Positions 29,780 through 40,106 of a stretch of 64,000 bases of DNA are shown in pieces. The DNA lies in contig JAJXWH010000008.1 in NCBI GenBank assembly GCA_021781745.1, forward strand, positions 26,781 to 90,780, in the 5' to 3' direction. This DNA comes from Bacillota bacterium. GTDB taxonomy: Bacteria; Bacillota; Clostridia; Clostridiales; Clostridiaceae. The first letter of the stretch is position 1. Every line of letters begins with the position of its first letter. The translations under genes were made by a program, and so were the position numbers. The notes below the pieces were generated by a model. The model did not search any database, was not told where the DNA came from, and was given only the letters and a program-made list of their open reading frames with translations.

Positions 29780-31551
29780 GATAATTCCTCCTCTGAAAGT
29801 TGTGAAGTTACAATTTCACGATATACTTCACAATTTTTTAAAAGTTCTTTGTGAGTTCCTATACCTGTTATTTCACCATCATCTAAAACTATGATTCTGT
29901 CAGCATCCATAACTGTTGCAACTCTTTGAGCTATAATAAGGACTGTGGCATCTTTTACTTCATCTTTTAATGCAGCACGAAGTTTTGCGTCAGTTTTAAA
30001 ATCAAGTGCTGAAAAACTATCATCAAATATATATATTTCAGGTTTTCTAACTAGAGCACGTGCGATAGATAAACGTTGTTTCTGCCCTCCAGAAACGTTT
30101 GTCCCACCTTGAGCAATAACATGTTCATAGCCTTTGTCCATATCATTTATAAAATCTGAAGCTTGTGCTACTGTAGCAGCATGTTTTATTTCTTCAAGGG
30201 TAGCATTATTTTTACCATATCTAATATTGTCAGCAATAGTTCCAGAGAAAAGAACAGTTTTTTGAGGAACAAAACCTATTTTTGTTCTTAAGCTTTCCTG
30301 ACTCATTTCCCTTACATCCAAACCATCAACAAGCACAGAGCCGCTGCTTACATCGTAAAAACGTGGTATTAAGTTTACTAAGGTAGATTTACCTGAACCA
30401 GTACCACCGATAATAGCAGTTACTTCACCAGGCTTAGCACTAAATGTGATATTACTTATTGCTGGCTGCTCTGCACCAGGGTATTTAAAGCTAACATCTT
30501 TAAATTCAACATGTCCACTTTCTTTATCAGCTAGTACAGCATTTTGTGGATCAACAATATCTGGTGTCATTTCTAATACTTCATTTATTCTTATAGCAGA
30601 AGCTTGTGCCCTTGGAATCATTATGAATACCATAGAAAGCATTAAGAAACCAAATAAAATCTGCATTCCATACTGTATAAACGCAATTAATGAACCAATC
30701 TGCATGCTGCCTGTATCAATTATATTGGCTCCAAACCAAATAATTGAAATTGTTGTAACGTTCATAATCAGCATCATTACTGGCATTAAAAATGCCATGA
30801 TCTTATTTACTTTTATTGCATTATCCATAAGATCTGTATTAGCATCATCAAATCTAAGTTTTTCTGTTTCAATACGATTGAAAGCTCGTATTACTCTAAT
30901 CCCAGTAAGTCCTTCACGTAACACAAGATTTAACTTATCTATTTTTACCTGCATTAATTTAAATAACGGCATAGCGTGTTTTAAAGTTAAAGCAATTATG
31001 ATTCCAAGTAATGGTACGACTACAGCGAAAATCCAAGTTAATTGAGTATCTTCTCTTAAAGCCATAACAATACCACCAAGGGCTGTTAGTGGAGCGAAAA
31101 GCATAATAGAAAAGATCATTACAGTTACTGCCTGAATTTGAGTGACATCATTTGTGGTTCGTGTTATAAGAGTTGCTGTACCAAGCTTATCAAATTCATG
31201 TAATGAAAATCCTTCAACTTTAGTAAACAATTTATCACGGATAATCTTAGCAAACCCCACAGCGGTTTTAGATGAGAGGAAAGATGCTAAAACTGAACAG
31301 ATTACACCGCCAGCTGAGATTAAAAGCATAATTCCTCCTGTTCTAATAATATAATCTATTCCTTTGTAAGAACCACTTATTCCTAAAAAAGAAATAGTTT
31401 GAAATACGTCTTTTTGCACTATACCTTTATCAACTATATCTGCCATTAAAGTTGGCAGATATAGATTAGCAAGTACTTGAGTAAAGATTAATAAAAGTAT
31501 GCCTATTATTTGAAATGTGTATTGTTTTAAAAATCTAAATAATTTAATCAT
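29776..31551 (-). CDS. Heterodimeric ABC exporter subunit (TMD-NBD), degenerate Walker B
   Basis: GGTGSGKS, VSGGQKQR, IFDDSFS, IAQR (TM287-type). Confidence 0.95.
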   Translation of the reverse strand: MIKLFRFLKQYTFQIIGILLLIFTQVLANLYLPTLMADIVDKGIVQKDVFQTISFLGISGSYKGIDYIIRTGGIMLLISAGGVICSVLASFLSSKTAVGFAKIIRDKLFTKVEGFSLHEFDKLGTATLITRTTNDVTQIQAVTVMIFSIMLFAPLTALGGIVMALREDTQLTWIFAVVVPLLGIIIALTLKHAMPLFKLMQVKIDKLNLVLREGLTGIRVIRAFNRIETEKLRFDDANTDLMDNAIKVNKIMAFLMPVMMLIMNVTTISIIWFGANIIDTGSMQIGSLIAFIQYGMQILFGFLMLSMVFIMIPRAQASAIRINEVLEMTPDIVDPQNAVLADKESGHVEFKDVSFKYPGAEQPAISNITFSAKPGEVTAIIGGTGSGKSTLVNLIPRFYDVSSGSVLVDGLDVREMSQESLRTKIGFVPQKTVLFSGTIADNIRYGKNNATLEEIKHAATVAQASDFINDMDKGYEHVIAQGGTNVSGGQKQRLSIARALVRKPEIYIFDDSFSALDFKTDAKLRAALKDEVKDATVLIIAQRVATVMDADRIIVLDDGEITGIGTHKELLKNCEVYREIVTSQLSEEELS

Positions 31552-31584
31552 TAACTCATCTCCTAATTTATTATTACGTAATTT

Positions 31585-32025
31585 TTATTTTTGTTGATCA
31601 TTTAAGAGTTTTTTTAGTGTGTTTAGGCCTTCAAAGATTTTGTTGAGTTCCTCTTCGCTTCCTTGGCTCATTGCATTTTTTATAGTATTTTCAATATTTG
31701 CATGAAAGGATTTATGTATATCTTCAAATTTTGGAGATATACTAACATAAACTACTCTCTTGTCTTCTAAACTTCTTTCTCTTATGACCATTTCTTGTAT
31801 TTCAAGCCTGTCTATAATTCCTGAAACTGTACTGTTAGATAAGCAAAGGTGATTACTAAGTTCGCTAATTTTCATCTTCTTATATTTACTCAATAGCCCG
31901 ATAACCATACCCTGGGGTGCAGACATACCTGTTTCACCGATTACCTTCCTCATATTATGCTTAAATAGATGCATTACTTCCTGGAAAAGTCGTGCAACTT
32001 CGATGCTTTTACTTGAGTTCTCCAT
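31585..32025 (-). CDS. MarR family regulator
   Basis: Winged HTH: ISELSNHLCLSNSTVSGIIDRLE..DKRVVY. Confidence 0.92.
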   Translation of the reverse strand: MENSSKSIEVARLFQEVMHLFKHNMRKVIGETGMSAPQGMVIGLLSKYKKMKISELSNHLCLSNSTVSGIIDRLEIQEMVIRERSLEDKRVVYVSISPKFEDIHKSFHANIENTIKNAMSQGSEEELNKIFEGLNTLKKLLNDQQK

Positions 32026-32051
32026 TTTTATCTCATCTCCATATTAAAATT

Positions 32052-32129
32052 TATTTCGTTTATAAATATTTCGTATTAGAATATTTCGCTTACGAAATAT
32101 ATTTTATTCCTATAAGTGTTCTATGTCAA
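32052..32129 (-). promoter_or_regulatory. marR-ABC promoter with probable MarR operator
   Basis: TTGACA-17-TAAAAT on the minus strand (32129-32101); palindrome ATATTTCG-CTTA-CGAAATAT (32081-32100); TATTTCG repeated three times at 15-bp period. Confidence 0.7.
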
Positions 32130-32385
32130 GATTAATTTAAATGGTAAATTAATCAAAAATCTGTGTTATGAATGTTAAAGAAAGTTTTACATTCATAACG
32201 CAGATTTTATTATTTTATTTTTAAATTAGTTTTTCTTTTCATCATATATTAACTGGTATATAATGAAAATAGACTTAGAACACGTGTGCGATTATGATTA
32301 CAGTAAATAAAAAATAAAATAAAAAAAGAAACCACAGTAAATATACAGATAAGAAAAGGTATTTGAGAATAGGAGAGCACTTGAA

Positions 32386-33354
32386 ATGATAAAGTATTTA
32401 CAATCAAAAACATTTAAGATGGCTCTATCAGCAACGATAGCAGTAACAATATCAAATTATATAGGATTAAAATTTGGAGTAACTTCAGGTATTATTGCTA
32501 TACTCAGCATTCAAGAAACAAAAAGGGAAGCTTTTTTTGTTGCAGGCAGAAGAATAATTGCTTCAGCGTTAGCCATACTTTTGTCATTTATACTATACTT
32601 ATTACTCGGGAATAATCCTCTAATATTTGGATTATTTCTAATTATGTTTATTCCTGCAACAAAGGTTTCAAAGATAGAAGAAGGTATGGTTGTAGGGGCA
32701 GTATTATCTACGCATCTTCTATCGAGCACAAATATAGATGCTTCATGGATTATAAATGAAGCACAGTTAACTATAATAGGTATTTCAGTTGCAATGCTGT
32801 TTAACTTATATACAGCGTCTTTAGAAGATCAATTTGAAAAAAATAAAGAAAGAATAGAGAATTATTATAGAGCCATGTTATCAGATATGGCAGTAACATT
32901 AGTTACTCAGAGTGTGCCAGTATATGAACAGGATATATTATTAAGTGTTGAAGAGTTAGTAAAAAAATCTAAAGAAATGGCTCGGATAATTAATAATAAT
33001 CACTTATTTAAGAAAAATAATTACTATGTAAGCTATATAGACATGAGAATAATACAGTTAGATGCAATGAAAAGAATGAAAAGACATTTTTCAAGATTTT
33101 ATATGACTTATGAACAAACAAATATATTATCGAAGTTTACCAATGATGTTGCAATGAGCCTTAAGGAAGATAATGATTGTATTGAACTTATTAATAAATT
33201 GAATTCACTTAAAAAAGATTATGCAAATATGGAATTACCAAAAAATAGAGGTGAATTTGAAAATAGAGCATTATTGCTTCAGTTTCTAAATGATTTAGAA
33301 GATTTTTTAGTTGTAAAAAAAGAATTTGTAGAATCAGTTCATACAATCAAATAA
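32386..33354 (+). CDS. Aromatic acid exporter / FUSC-like (YgaE) membrane protein
   Basis: TSGIIAILSIQET, NEAQLTIIGISVA; helical C-terminal domain with FENRALL. Confidence 0.85.
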   Translation: MIKYLQSKTFKMALSATIAVTISNYIGLKFGVTSGIIAILSIQETKREAFFVAGRRIIASALAILLSFILYLLLGNNPLIFGLFLIMFIPATKVSKIEEGMVVGAVLSTHLLSSTNIDASWIINEAQLTIIGISVAMLFNLYTASLEDQFEKNKERIENYYRAMLSDMAVTLVTQSVPVYEQDILLSVEELVKKSKEMARIINNNHLFKKNNYYVSYIDMRIIQLDAMKRMKRHFSRFYMTYEQTNILSKFTNDVAMSLKEDNDCIELINKLNSLKKDYANMELPKNRGEFENRALLLQFLNDLEDFLVVKKEFVESVHTIK

Positions 33355-33652
33355 TAAAATTAATATAATATTTGTAACTTTATAATATTTTTTTGGACTA
33401 TTGGTGCTGGTTCACAAAGTATAGTAGTACTATATAAATATTAGATTAAGTAAATGAAAAAATGTAAAAATGTAGAGTAAGAATATAACTATCCGATTAA
33501 GTAAAATTAATTGGATGGTTATATTTTTGTATAGTCAAAATTATGGAATATATAAAAATATATGGGTTTTTATGGAATGGTGTGATATATTATTGTAGTA
33601 TATAATAATTTTTAAGTAAGCAAAATTATAATTTAAAGGGTGGAGTTATAAT

Positions 33653-35098
33653 ATGGTTTCATTTATAGTGATTTTTATTTTAGCCATATTAATGTTTAGT
33701 ATAGTATGGCTGGATATTAGTAAGAAGATATCATTAGTTAATAGAAATTTTATAAGCATATATCTTATTTTTGTTCCCCATATTATTTTGTTGGGATACT
33801 TTTTTATAGTAATCGATGCATTTATTCTGGATAATATAATAGGTAAATGGATTGTTTTAATAGAAATTTTAATTTTTATTTTATATGTTTGGATAAAATT
33901 GAATATAGCCCCATATAGTAAAAAGCCATTTGTAAATGTTAGATTAAGGATAATGCTGGGTGGAAGATATCTTGTACTCTATGGACTATATACATCACTT
34001 ATTCAAACGTTATTATATTTAATTTGGTCAGATGTAATGCAAGGCAGAGATATTCCAAATCATATATTTGTATTAGATATAATTGTAGTGATTCTTAATA
34101 TACTTACTTTACTTGCAAATGGAATGCTGCGTATCTTATATACATCAAGAAGATTAAATATTGTAATAAGACTAATCGTTGCTTTTATGAGTTTCATTCC
34201 CGTAATAAATATTTTTACAATGCTATATGCTTGTCATTTAGTAGCAAGTGAATATGATCATGAATGTTATAAGGTAATAAATAACAATGCTAGGGTTGAT
34301 TCAGAAGTGTGCAAGACAAGATATCCAATCATATTGGTACATGGGGTTGGCTTTAGAGATTTAAAATATATAAATTATTGGGGGAGAATACCTGGAGAAT
34401 TAATTCGTAATGGAGCTATAATTTATTATGGTAATCAAGAAGCGTGGGGAACAATTGAATATAACTCAGAAGAAATAAAAAATAAAATTTTTCAGGTTTT
34501 GAAAGAAACAAAATCAGAAAAAGTAAATATTATTGCACATTCAAAAGGTGGATTAGATGCAAGGTATATGCTTAGTAAGCTGGATATGGGAAATTATGTT
34601 GCATCACTAACAATGATATCATCACCTCATAAAGGGTGTAAATTTGTGGACTTGGCATGCAAAATTCCGGATAAAATTTACAAAGCTATTGCAAGAATGT
34701 TTAACAAGTACTACACTTTGTTAGGAGATAAAAAACCTGATTTTTATACAGCAAGCAGGCAGTTCTCAACTTATAATAGTAAAAAATTTAATGAAGAAGT
34801 AAAAGATGTGCCGCAAGTGTATTATCAAAGCTATGCTTCAGTAATGAAGAATATGTTTAGCGATTATATATTGACGATACCATATATTTTAGTTAAATTG
34901 ACCGAAGGAGAAAATGATGGACTTGTGTGTATTGAATCAGCTAAATGGGGAAATTTTAAAGGTGTGTTAAGAAATAAATATAGACGCGGAATTTCCCATG
35001 GAGATATTATTGATATGAGAAGAGAAGATTATAAAGAATTTGATGTAATAGAAAAATATGTGGAAATTGTTTCGGAACTAAAAAAGATGGGCTATTAA
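33653..35098 (+). CDS. Polytopic membrane domain fused to a lipase-type alpha/beta hydrolase
   Basis: About 200 hydrophobic N-terminal residues; VHGVG oxyanion region, AHSKGG nucleophile elbow, NDGLV, SHGDII. Confidence 0.85.
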   Translation: MVSFIVIFILAILMFSIVWLDISKKISLVNRNFISIYLIFVPHIILLGYFFIVIDAFILDNIIGKWIVLIEILIFILYVWIKLNIAPYSKKPFVNVRLRIMLGGRYLVLYGLYTSLIQTLLYLIWSDVMQGRDIPNHIFVLDIIVVILNILTLLANGMLRILYTSRRLNIVIRLIVAFMSFIPVINIFTMLYACHLVASEYDHECYKVINNNARVDSEVCKTRYPIILVHGVGFRDLKYINYWGRIPGELIRNGAIIYYGNQEAWGTIEYNSEEIKNKIFQVLKETKSEKVNIIAHSKGGLDARYMLSKLDMGNYVASLTMISSPHKGCKFVDLACKIPDKIYKAIARMFNKYYTLLGDKKPDFYTASRQFSTYNSKKFNEEVKDVPQVYYQSYASVMKNMFSDYILTIPYILVKLTEGENDGLVCIESAKWGNFKGVLRNKYRRGISHGDIIDMRREDYKEFDVIEKYVEIVSELKKMGY

Positions 35099-35132
35099 TT
35101 AATAATAACATTTAAGGAGAAAAGGTTTCAGC

Positions 35133-35999
35133 ATGTATGATTATCCATTATATAGACCACCTAGTGAGAGTAATAGTCTCATAATACAAGTAACTTTAGG
35201 ATGTTCCCATAATAAATGCAGCTTTTGCAATATGTATAAGACGAAGAAGTTTACAATAAAATCTTTGAAAGACATTAAATGCGAAATAAATAATTTTAGG
35301 CAAATGTATACTTATGTAGAAAAAATATTTTTAGCAGATGGAGATGCTTTAATTATTCCAATAGAAGAATTAAAAGAAATACTAATATATATAAAAAAAG
35401 TATTCCCAGAATGAAACAGGGTCACCATGTACGGATCACCTAAATCTATTTTACTTAAAAGCCAAAAAGATTTAATAGAACTTAGAAATCTAGGTTTATC
35501 AATGATATACATGGGAGTTGAAAGTGGTGATGATGAAGTTCTAAAAGATATAAATAAAGGAGCAAGTACACAGGAATTACTTAAGGCTTCAAAAATGATT
35601 AAGGACGCTAATATTTTATTATCAGTAACTGTTATAGCTGGCATTGGAGGAGTAGAAAATAGTGAAAATCATGCAATTAAAACAGGGGGAATAATGAGCA
35701 GAATGGAGCCGGATTATCTGGGGATTTTGACTCTTATGATTGAAAAGGGAACTGCTCTACATAATAAAATCATAAATAAGCAATTTGAAGTGTTAAATGA
35801 CAAAGAAATACTAAATGAAATCAAATTGCTAATAGAGCATATTAATGTAGAGAAATCACTAGTCTTCAGATGTAATCATGCATCAAATTATATTTCATTA
35901 AGAGGAAATTTACCAGAAGATAAGGAAAAGTTAATTAATGAAATTAATTACTATCAACAAATGAATAAGTTAAAGGGAGAAGAACACAGAAGATTATAA
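35133..35999 (+). pseudogene. Radical SAM protein interrupted by an in-frame TGA (35412-35414)
   Basis: GCSHNKCSFC cluster motif; the two ORF-track pieces are in one frame (GAA TGA AAC AGG GTC ACC ATG) and join to 288 codons. Confidence 0.85.
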
Positions 36000-36019
36000 T
36001 TATTTTATAATTTATTTCT

Positions 36020-36781
36020 TTATTTTAAAAATTTATAATCTACTCCTTTAAAAAGCAAATCATCTAAAATATATGAATTAACATTTATAGATGAATCAAT
36101 TACTGGTTCTTGCAAATATTTATTCTCGCCTAAATAGTCGTAATCCTTATATACAAAGTCTAAAGAGGAATTGGTATTTGTATTTCTTAAAGCCTGACTA
36201 AGATTCATCTCCCAATCAAAAAAATCATTAAGAGATGTATTCTTGATTGCATATGTAGGTTGACTAATCCATCTAATACCATTATATCTTTTTGCTTCAT
36301 ATTCTGAGACTATACCTTTAATTTTTTCTTCTAACCCAATCAAGCCACAGAATTTATTACTAATAATTAGTTCTTTTATGGATCTAAATTTAATATATTC
36401 TACAGGGAATGAAATCATCTTAAGAATTTCTAATAAGTCGTTATACAAGCCTTCTTCCATGGACATATAAATAACTTCATTATTTTTAATGCCCTCATAC
36501 ATATAAAAATATATGCTTATAAAGAAATGGTTATTTTTTAAATGATAAAACTTTGAATTAGTTTTTGACTTTAATGTATCATTTAAAGTCCATTGTGTAG
36601 AATTATTTACATTTTTACTACAAAAAACACACTTGTAGATTAAGTTATCAAGTAATTGACTTAAGTTAATTACTTCAACATCTAATAAGCTTTGATCTTT
36701 CTTTACTATTAACTCTTCCAACCTATTTCTGACTTTTCCAATGTTGTAGTTTAAATTACAATTATCACATGAAAAATCCAT
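36020..36781 (-). CDS. Spo0E-like N-terminal domain fused to a MEDS-like sensory domain
   Basis: IGKVRNRLEELI..LLDVEVINLSQLLDNLI (Spo0E-like); YMYEGIKNNE..IYMS..YNGIRWI..WE (MEDS-like). Confidence 0.65.
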   Translation of the reverse strand: MDFSCDNCNLNYNIGKVRNRLEELIVKKDQSLLDVEVINLSQLLDNLIYKCVFCSKNVNNSTQWTLNDTLKSKTNSKFYHLKNNHFFISIYFYMYEGIKNNEVIYMSMEEGLYNDLLEILKMISFPVEYIKFRSIKELIISNKFCGLIGLEEKIKGIVSEYEAKRYNGIRWISQPTYAIKNTSLNDFFDWEMNLSQALRNTNTNSSLDFVYKDYDYLGENKYLQEPVIDSSINVNSYILDDLLFKGVDYKFLK

Positions 36782-37050
36782 AATATCCCATCCTTGAGCA
36801 AATACTTATAATTTTTTAATATATTATATCACAGATATATGTAATAAAATGTAATAATGTGTAGTTAGGTTATTACAAATGAAAAAAATTTTTCGTTTGT
36901 AATAATTTAAAAATAATATAAATTTTCATATAGGTTGCTTTTCGTGGAATTAACATCTTAAATGTTAATAATTTTAATAAAGGTATTTACAGTTGTTTGT
37001 TGAATATATCAAATAGAGGTATAAAAGTAATAATAAGGAGGTTGCTTATA

Positions 37051-37824
37051 ATGAGAAAATTTATTGATTTAAGTATTTCTATAGAAAATAATCTACGTTC
37101 TGATCCTGAAGAAATGATACCACATATTAAATACATAAATCATGATACGGGAGCTAAACAAATGGAGATGTTTTTTCCAGGTATCGATACACAAAGAGAC
37201 TTACCGAATGGAAAGGGCTGGGCGTTAGAGCTTATGACTTTATCTTCGCACTCGGGGACTCATCTTGATGCACCTTGGCATTATCACCCTAAAATGAGTA
37301 AAGGAGAAAAAGCACTTACCATTGATGAAATTCCGCTTGAATGGTGTATGGGAAATGGAGTTAAGTTAGATTTTACTCATTTTGATGATGGTTACCTTGT
37401 AACAGCTAAAGATATGGAAGAAGCATTTAAAAAAATAGAATATGATGTTAAGCCAGGTGATATTGTTCTGGTCAATACTGGCGCTGATAAATATTGGGGA
37501 AGACCAGAATATCTTGTGAAAGGGTGTGGTATTGGAAAAGATGCAACCCTTTGGTTATGTGAAAAAGGTGTACATGTTGTGGGGACTGATGCCTGGAGTT
37601 GGGATCGTCCACTAGCGTTGATTGCAAAAGATTTTTCTGAAAATAAAGACTCATCTATAATTTGGGAAGGTCATTTCGCAGGAATAGAGTGCGGATATTG
37701 TCATATTGAAAAGCTCACCAATCTTGAAAGTTTACCGTCATATGGATTTACGGTGTGCTGCTTTCCTATAAAAATAAAGGGCGGAAGTGCTGGATGGATA
37801 AGGGCCGTAGCAATAATAGACTAA
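37051..37824 (+). CDS. Cyclase family metal-dependent hydrolase (kynurenine formamidase-like)
   Basis: HSGTHLDAPWH motif, GTDAWSWD, HIEKL. ATG 37051 follows AAGGAGG. Confidence 0.9.
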   Translation: MRKFIDLSISIENNLRSDPEEMIPHIKYINHDTGAKQMEMFFPGIDTQRDLPNGKGWALELMTLSSHSGTHLDAPWHYHPKMSKGEKALTIDEIPLEWCMGNGVKLDFTHFDDGYLVTAKDMEEAFKKIEYDVKPGDIVLVNTGADKYWGRPEYLVKGCGIGKDATLWLCEKGVHVVGTDAWSWDRPLALIAKDFSENKDSSIIWEGHFAGIECGYCHIEKLTNLESLPSYGFTVCCFPIKIKGGSAGWIRAVAIID

Positions 37825-38065
37825 GATTATATAAAAGCTTCAAAATAACCCTATTATAAAGCATGCAGTTATAGGAAGTGTAGTAGATAAATATTAATTT
37901 AGTTATATCAACAAGTAGCTTTTAATTAAATAAAAGCTGCTTTTTTACTTTAAATTCATGACGAAAGTGTGAAAAGGTACATGACACATACATAAAGGAT
38001 TTCAAGTCTAGGAATAATAGAGTTATTATAATAAGAATAATTAGGATATATAAGGAGTGCACAGT

Positions 38066-39538
38066 ATGAATATATTTAATACAAAACTATTTGATAGTGC
38101 TATAAGGCTAATTGAAAAATGGTACTATATTATCTTAATTATTATATTAATGGTTGCTTCTTTTAATATATTTTATAACTTGGGAATCGTGCCTATTTAT
38201 AGTTGGGACGAAGCAAGACATGGGGTTAGTGCTTATGAAATGATTAAAAATAATAACTATATAGTAAACACATATGAATATAAAAATGATTATTGGAACC
38301 TAAAACCCCCAATAAGTTATTGGGCTATAATTTTAGGATACAAAATGGCTGGATTTAACGCTCTAGGATTAAGAATTATTTCTGGAGTTGCAGCAATAAT
38401 AACGATATTAATTATTACAGCTTTTAGCTTATATATGCACGGAAGACTAGCATCGTTGATTTCAGCAATTGTTTTATCTACAACAATACCATTTATTACA
38501 GAACATTGTGCAAGAACTGGAGATGCTGATTCAATATACGTATTTTTTTTTACTATAGCAATGATATCTCTTGCATTAATAGAAAAAAATGAAAAATGGC
38601 TATATGGTTTTGGACTTTCTTTTGCGTTAGCATTTTTAACAAAAAGTTTGCATTCAGGTAACATTATGGTTATTGGAATAGTTTATTTAATATTCAGCAA
38701 AACCTTGTTTAAGTTAAAAATAAAACAAATAATATTGTTAATCCTAACCTGCTGCATTCCTATTTTAATTTGGAGTATTTTAAGATATAAGGAAGATGGC
38801 ATAGAGTTTTTTAAAACTATTGTTAAGTTCGATTTAGTAGCAAGATCATCAACAGTTTTGGAAGGGCATATTGGCGGATACTGCTATTATATTGAACATT
38901 TACAATGGTCATATTTTTATTGGAATTTGATTTTTGTAGGGACCACTATGGCATGTATTGTTCTGCTTTACAGATACAGATATAGATATGCAGAATATAA
39001 GATGATCGTAAATCGTATTTTGATTATTGTGCTATGGATTGGAGTTCCCTTTGCATTATATACTGTTGTAAAAACAAAAATTTCGTGGTATGTATTACCG
39101 ATATTTCCTGCGATGGCATTAAGTATAGGTTCAACATCTAGTCTTCTATTAAAAGAAAAAAATAGAAATATAATTACCCAAATTCTCCTGATAGCTATGA
39201 TAATAACATCTATATGCAAAAGTGAAGAGGTAATAAAGAGTAGAATTTCTAATCCAGAAAAGGATTTAAATCAAGAATTGATTCAAGATCTAGGAGAATT
39301 ACCGGAATACAGAAGCTGGATAATATATATAAATCACTACGAGCAAAGTTATTGGTTAAGTAGTGAACTATATGCTGACTTGGCTCCGGTAGAGGGCGGA
39401 GCAGAAGGTTTTTTAGAGGATAATCATGATAACACTTTATTATTTATTACAAAAGAAGATGCAAGTGTACTTGGAAAAGAAAAGGATAATTTAAAGGTTG
39501 TACTTGAAAATGAATCAGCATATATCTTTTCTAAGTAA
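38066..39538 (+). CDS. ArnT/PMT-family (GT39/GT83-like) membrane glycosyltransferase
   Basis: SWDEARH, NLKPP, ARTGDADS, AFLTKS, KISWYVLP; many TM helices. Confidence 0.88.
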   Translation: MNIFNTKLFDSAIRLIEKWYYIILIIILMVASFNIFYNLGIVPIYSWDEARHGVSAYEMIKNNNYIVNTYEYKNDYWNLKPPISYWAIILGYKMAGFNALGLRIISGVAAIITILIITAFSLYMHGRLASLISAIVLSTTIPFITEHCARTGDADSIYVFFFTIAMISLALIEKNEKWLYGFGLSFALAFLTKSLHSGNIMVIGIVYLIFSKTLFKLKIKQIILLILTCCIPILIWSILRYKEDGIEFFKTIVKFDLVARSSTVLEGHIGGYCYYIEHLQWSYFYWNLIFVGTTMACIVLLYRYRYRYAEYKMIVNRILIIVLWIGVPFALYTVVKTKISWYVLPIFPAMALSIGSTSSLLLKEKNRNIITQILLIAMIITSICKSEEVIKSRISNPEKDLNQELIQDLGELPEYRSWIIYINHYEQSYWLSSELYADLAPVEGGAEGFLEDNHDNTLLFITKEDASVLGKEKDNLKVVLENESAYIFSK

Positions 39539-39612
39539 CTATAGATTAAAAAAGAAATTACCATATTGCAAAAGTATTTCTATTAAATAAATTAGAAATT
39601 TAATTTTTATAA

Positions 39613-39945
39613 TTGACAACGATTGTTCTAAGTGGTATTGTTTATTTATTAAGGTATTTATTGTAAAAATGCAATAAATATTATGAAAGGAGAAATGTTT
39701 TATGAAAGCAAGTGTAAAGGTGATTGCTGGTTAAAACTAAATATGGGCGAAAATGTGACTTTATAGAGGGATACCCCCTTTGTTTGTTATTCATTTTTGC
39801 AGTTATAATAACCTTTCATAAATATACTGACTATTAAGGAAAGTTTTAATTGTATTTAAGTGAAATATAAATTTCAATTAATTAGTTTTATTAATATATC
39901 CGTGGATAGCAGCCATTTTTGAGGTTGTGTCTGCGGGATTTTTTT
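39613..39945 (+). promoter_or_regulatory. Promoter, uORF and terminator: attenuator-like leader upstream of rsgA
   Basis: TTGACA-17-TATTGT; SD AAAGGAG with uORF MKASVKVIAG (39702-39734); long hairpin plus U7 at 39898-39945. Confidence 0.5.
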
Positions 39946-40106
39946 GCCCATTTTTAAGAATAATTAAGCAATCAATGAAAGGATGATATGAAATGAGAAA
40001 TTCAAAATACGAGAAAAAATATTTGATTAAGGCACATTTAATAAAATGATCAGCTAAGCATAATTGTCTGTTATTTTCTTTCATGTGCCAAATATGGAGG
40101 AAATAA

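Noticed and set aside
32159-32208. Long terminator-like inverted repeat between divergent marR and FUSC-like genes
   Set aside because: No gene ends here and no sRNA promoter could be tied to it. It is probably an insulating terminator and too weak to call a system.
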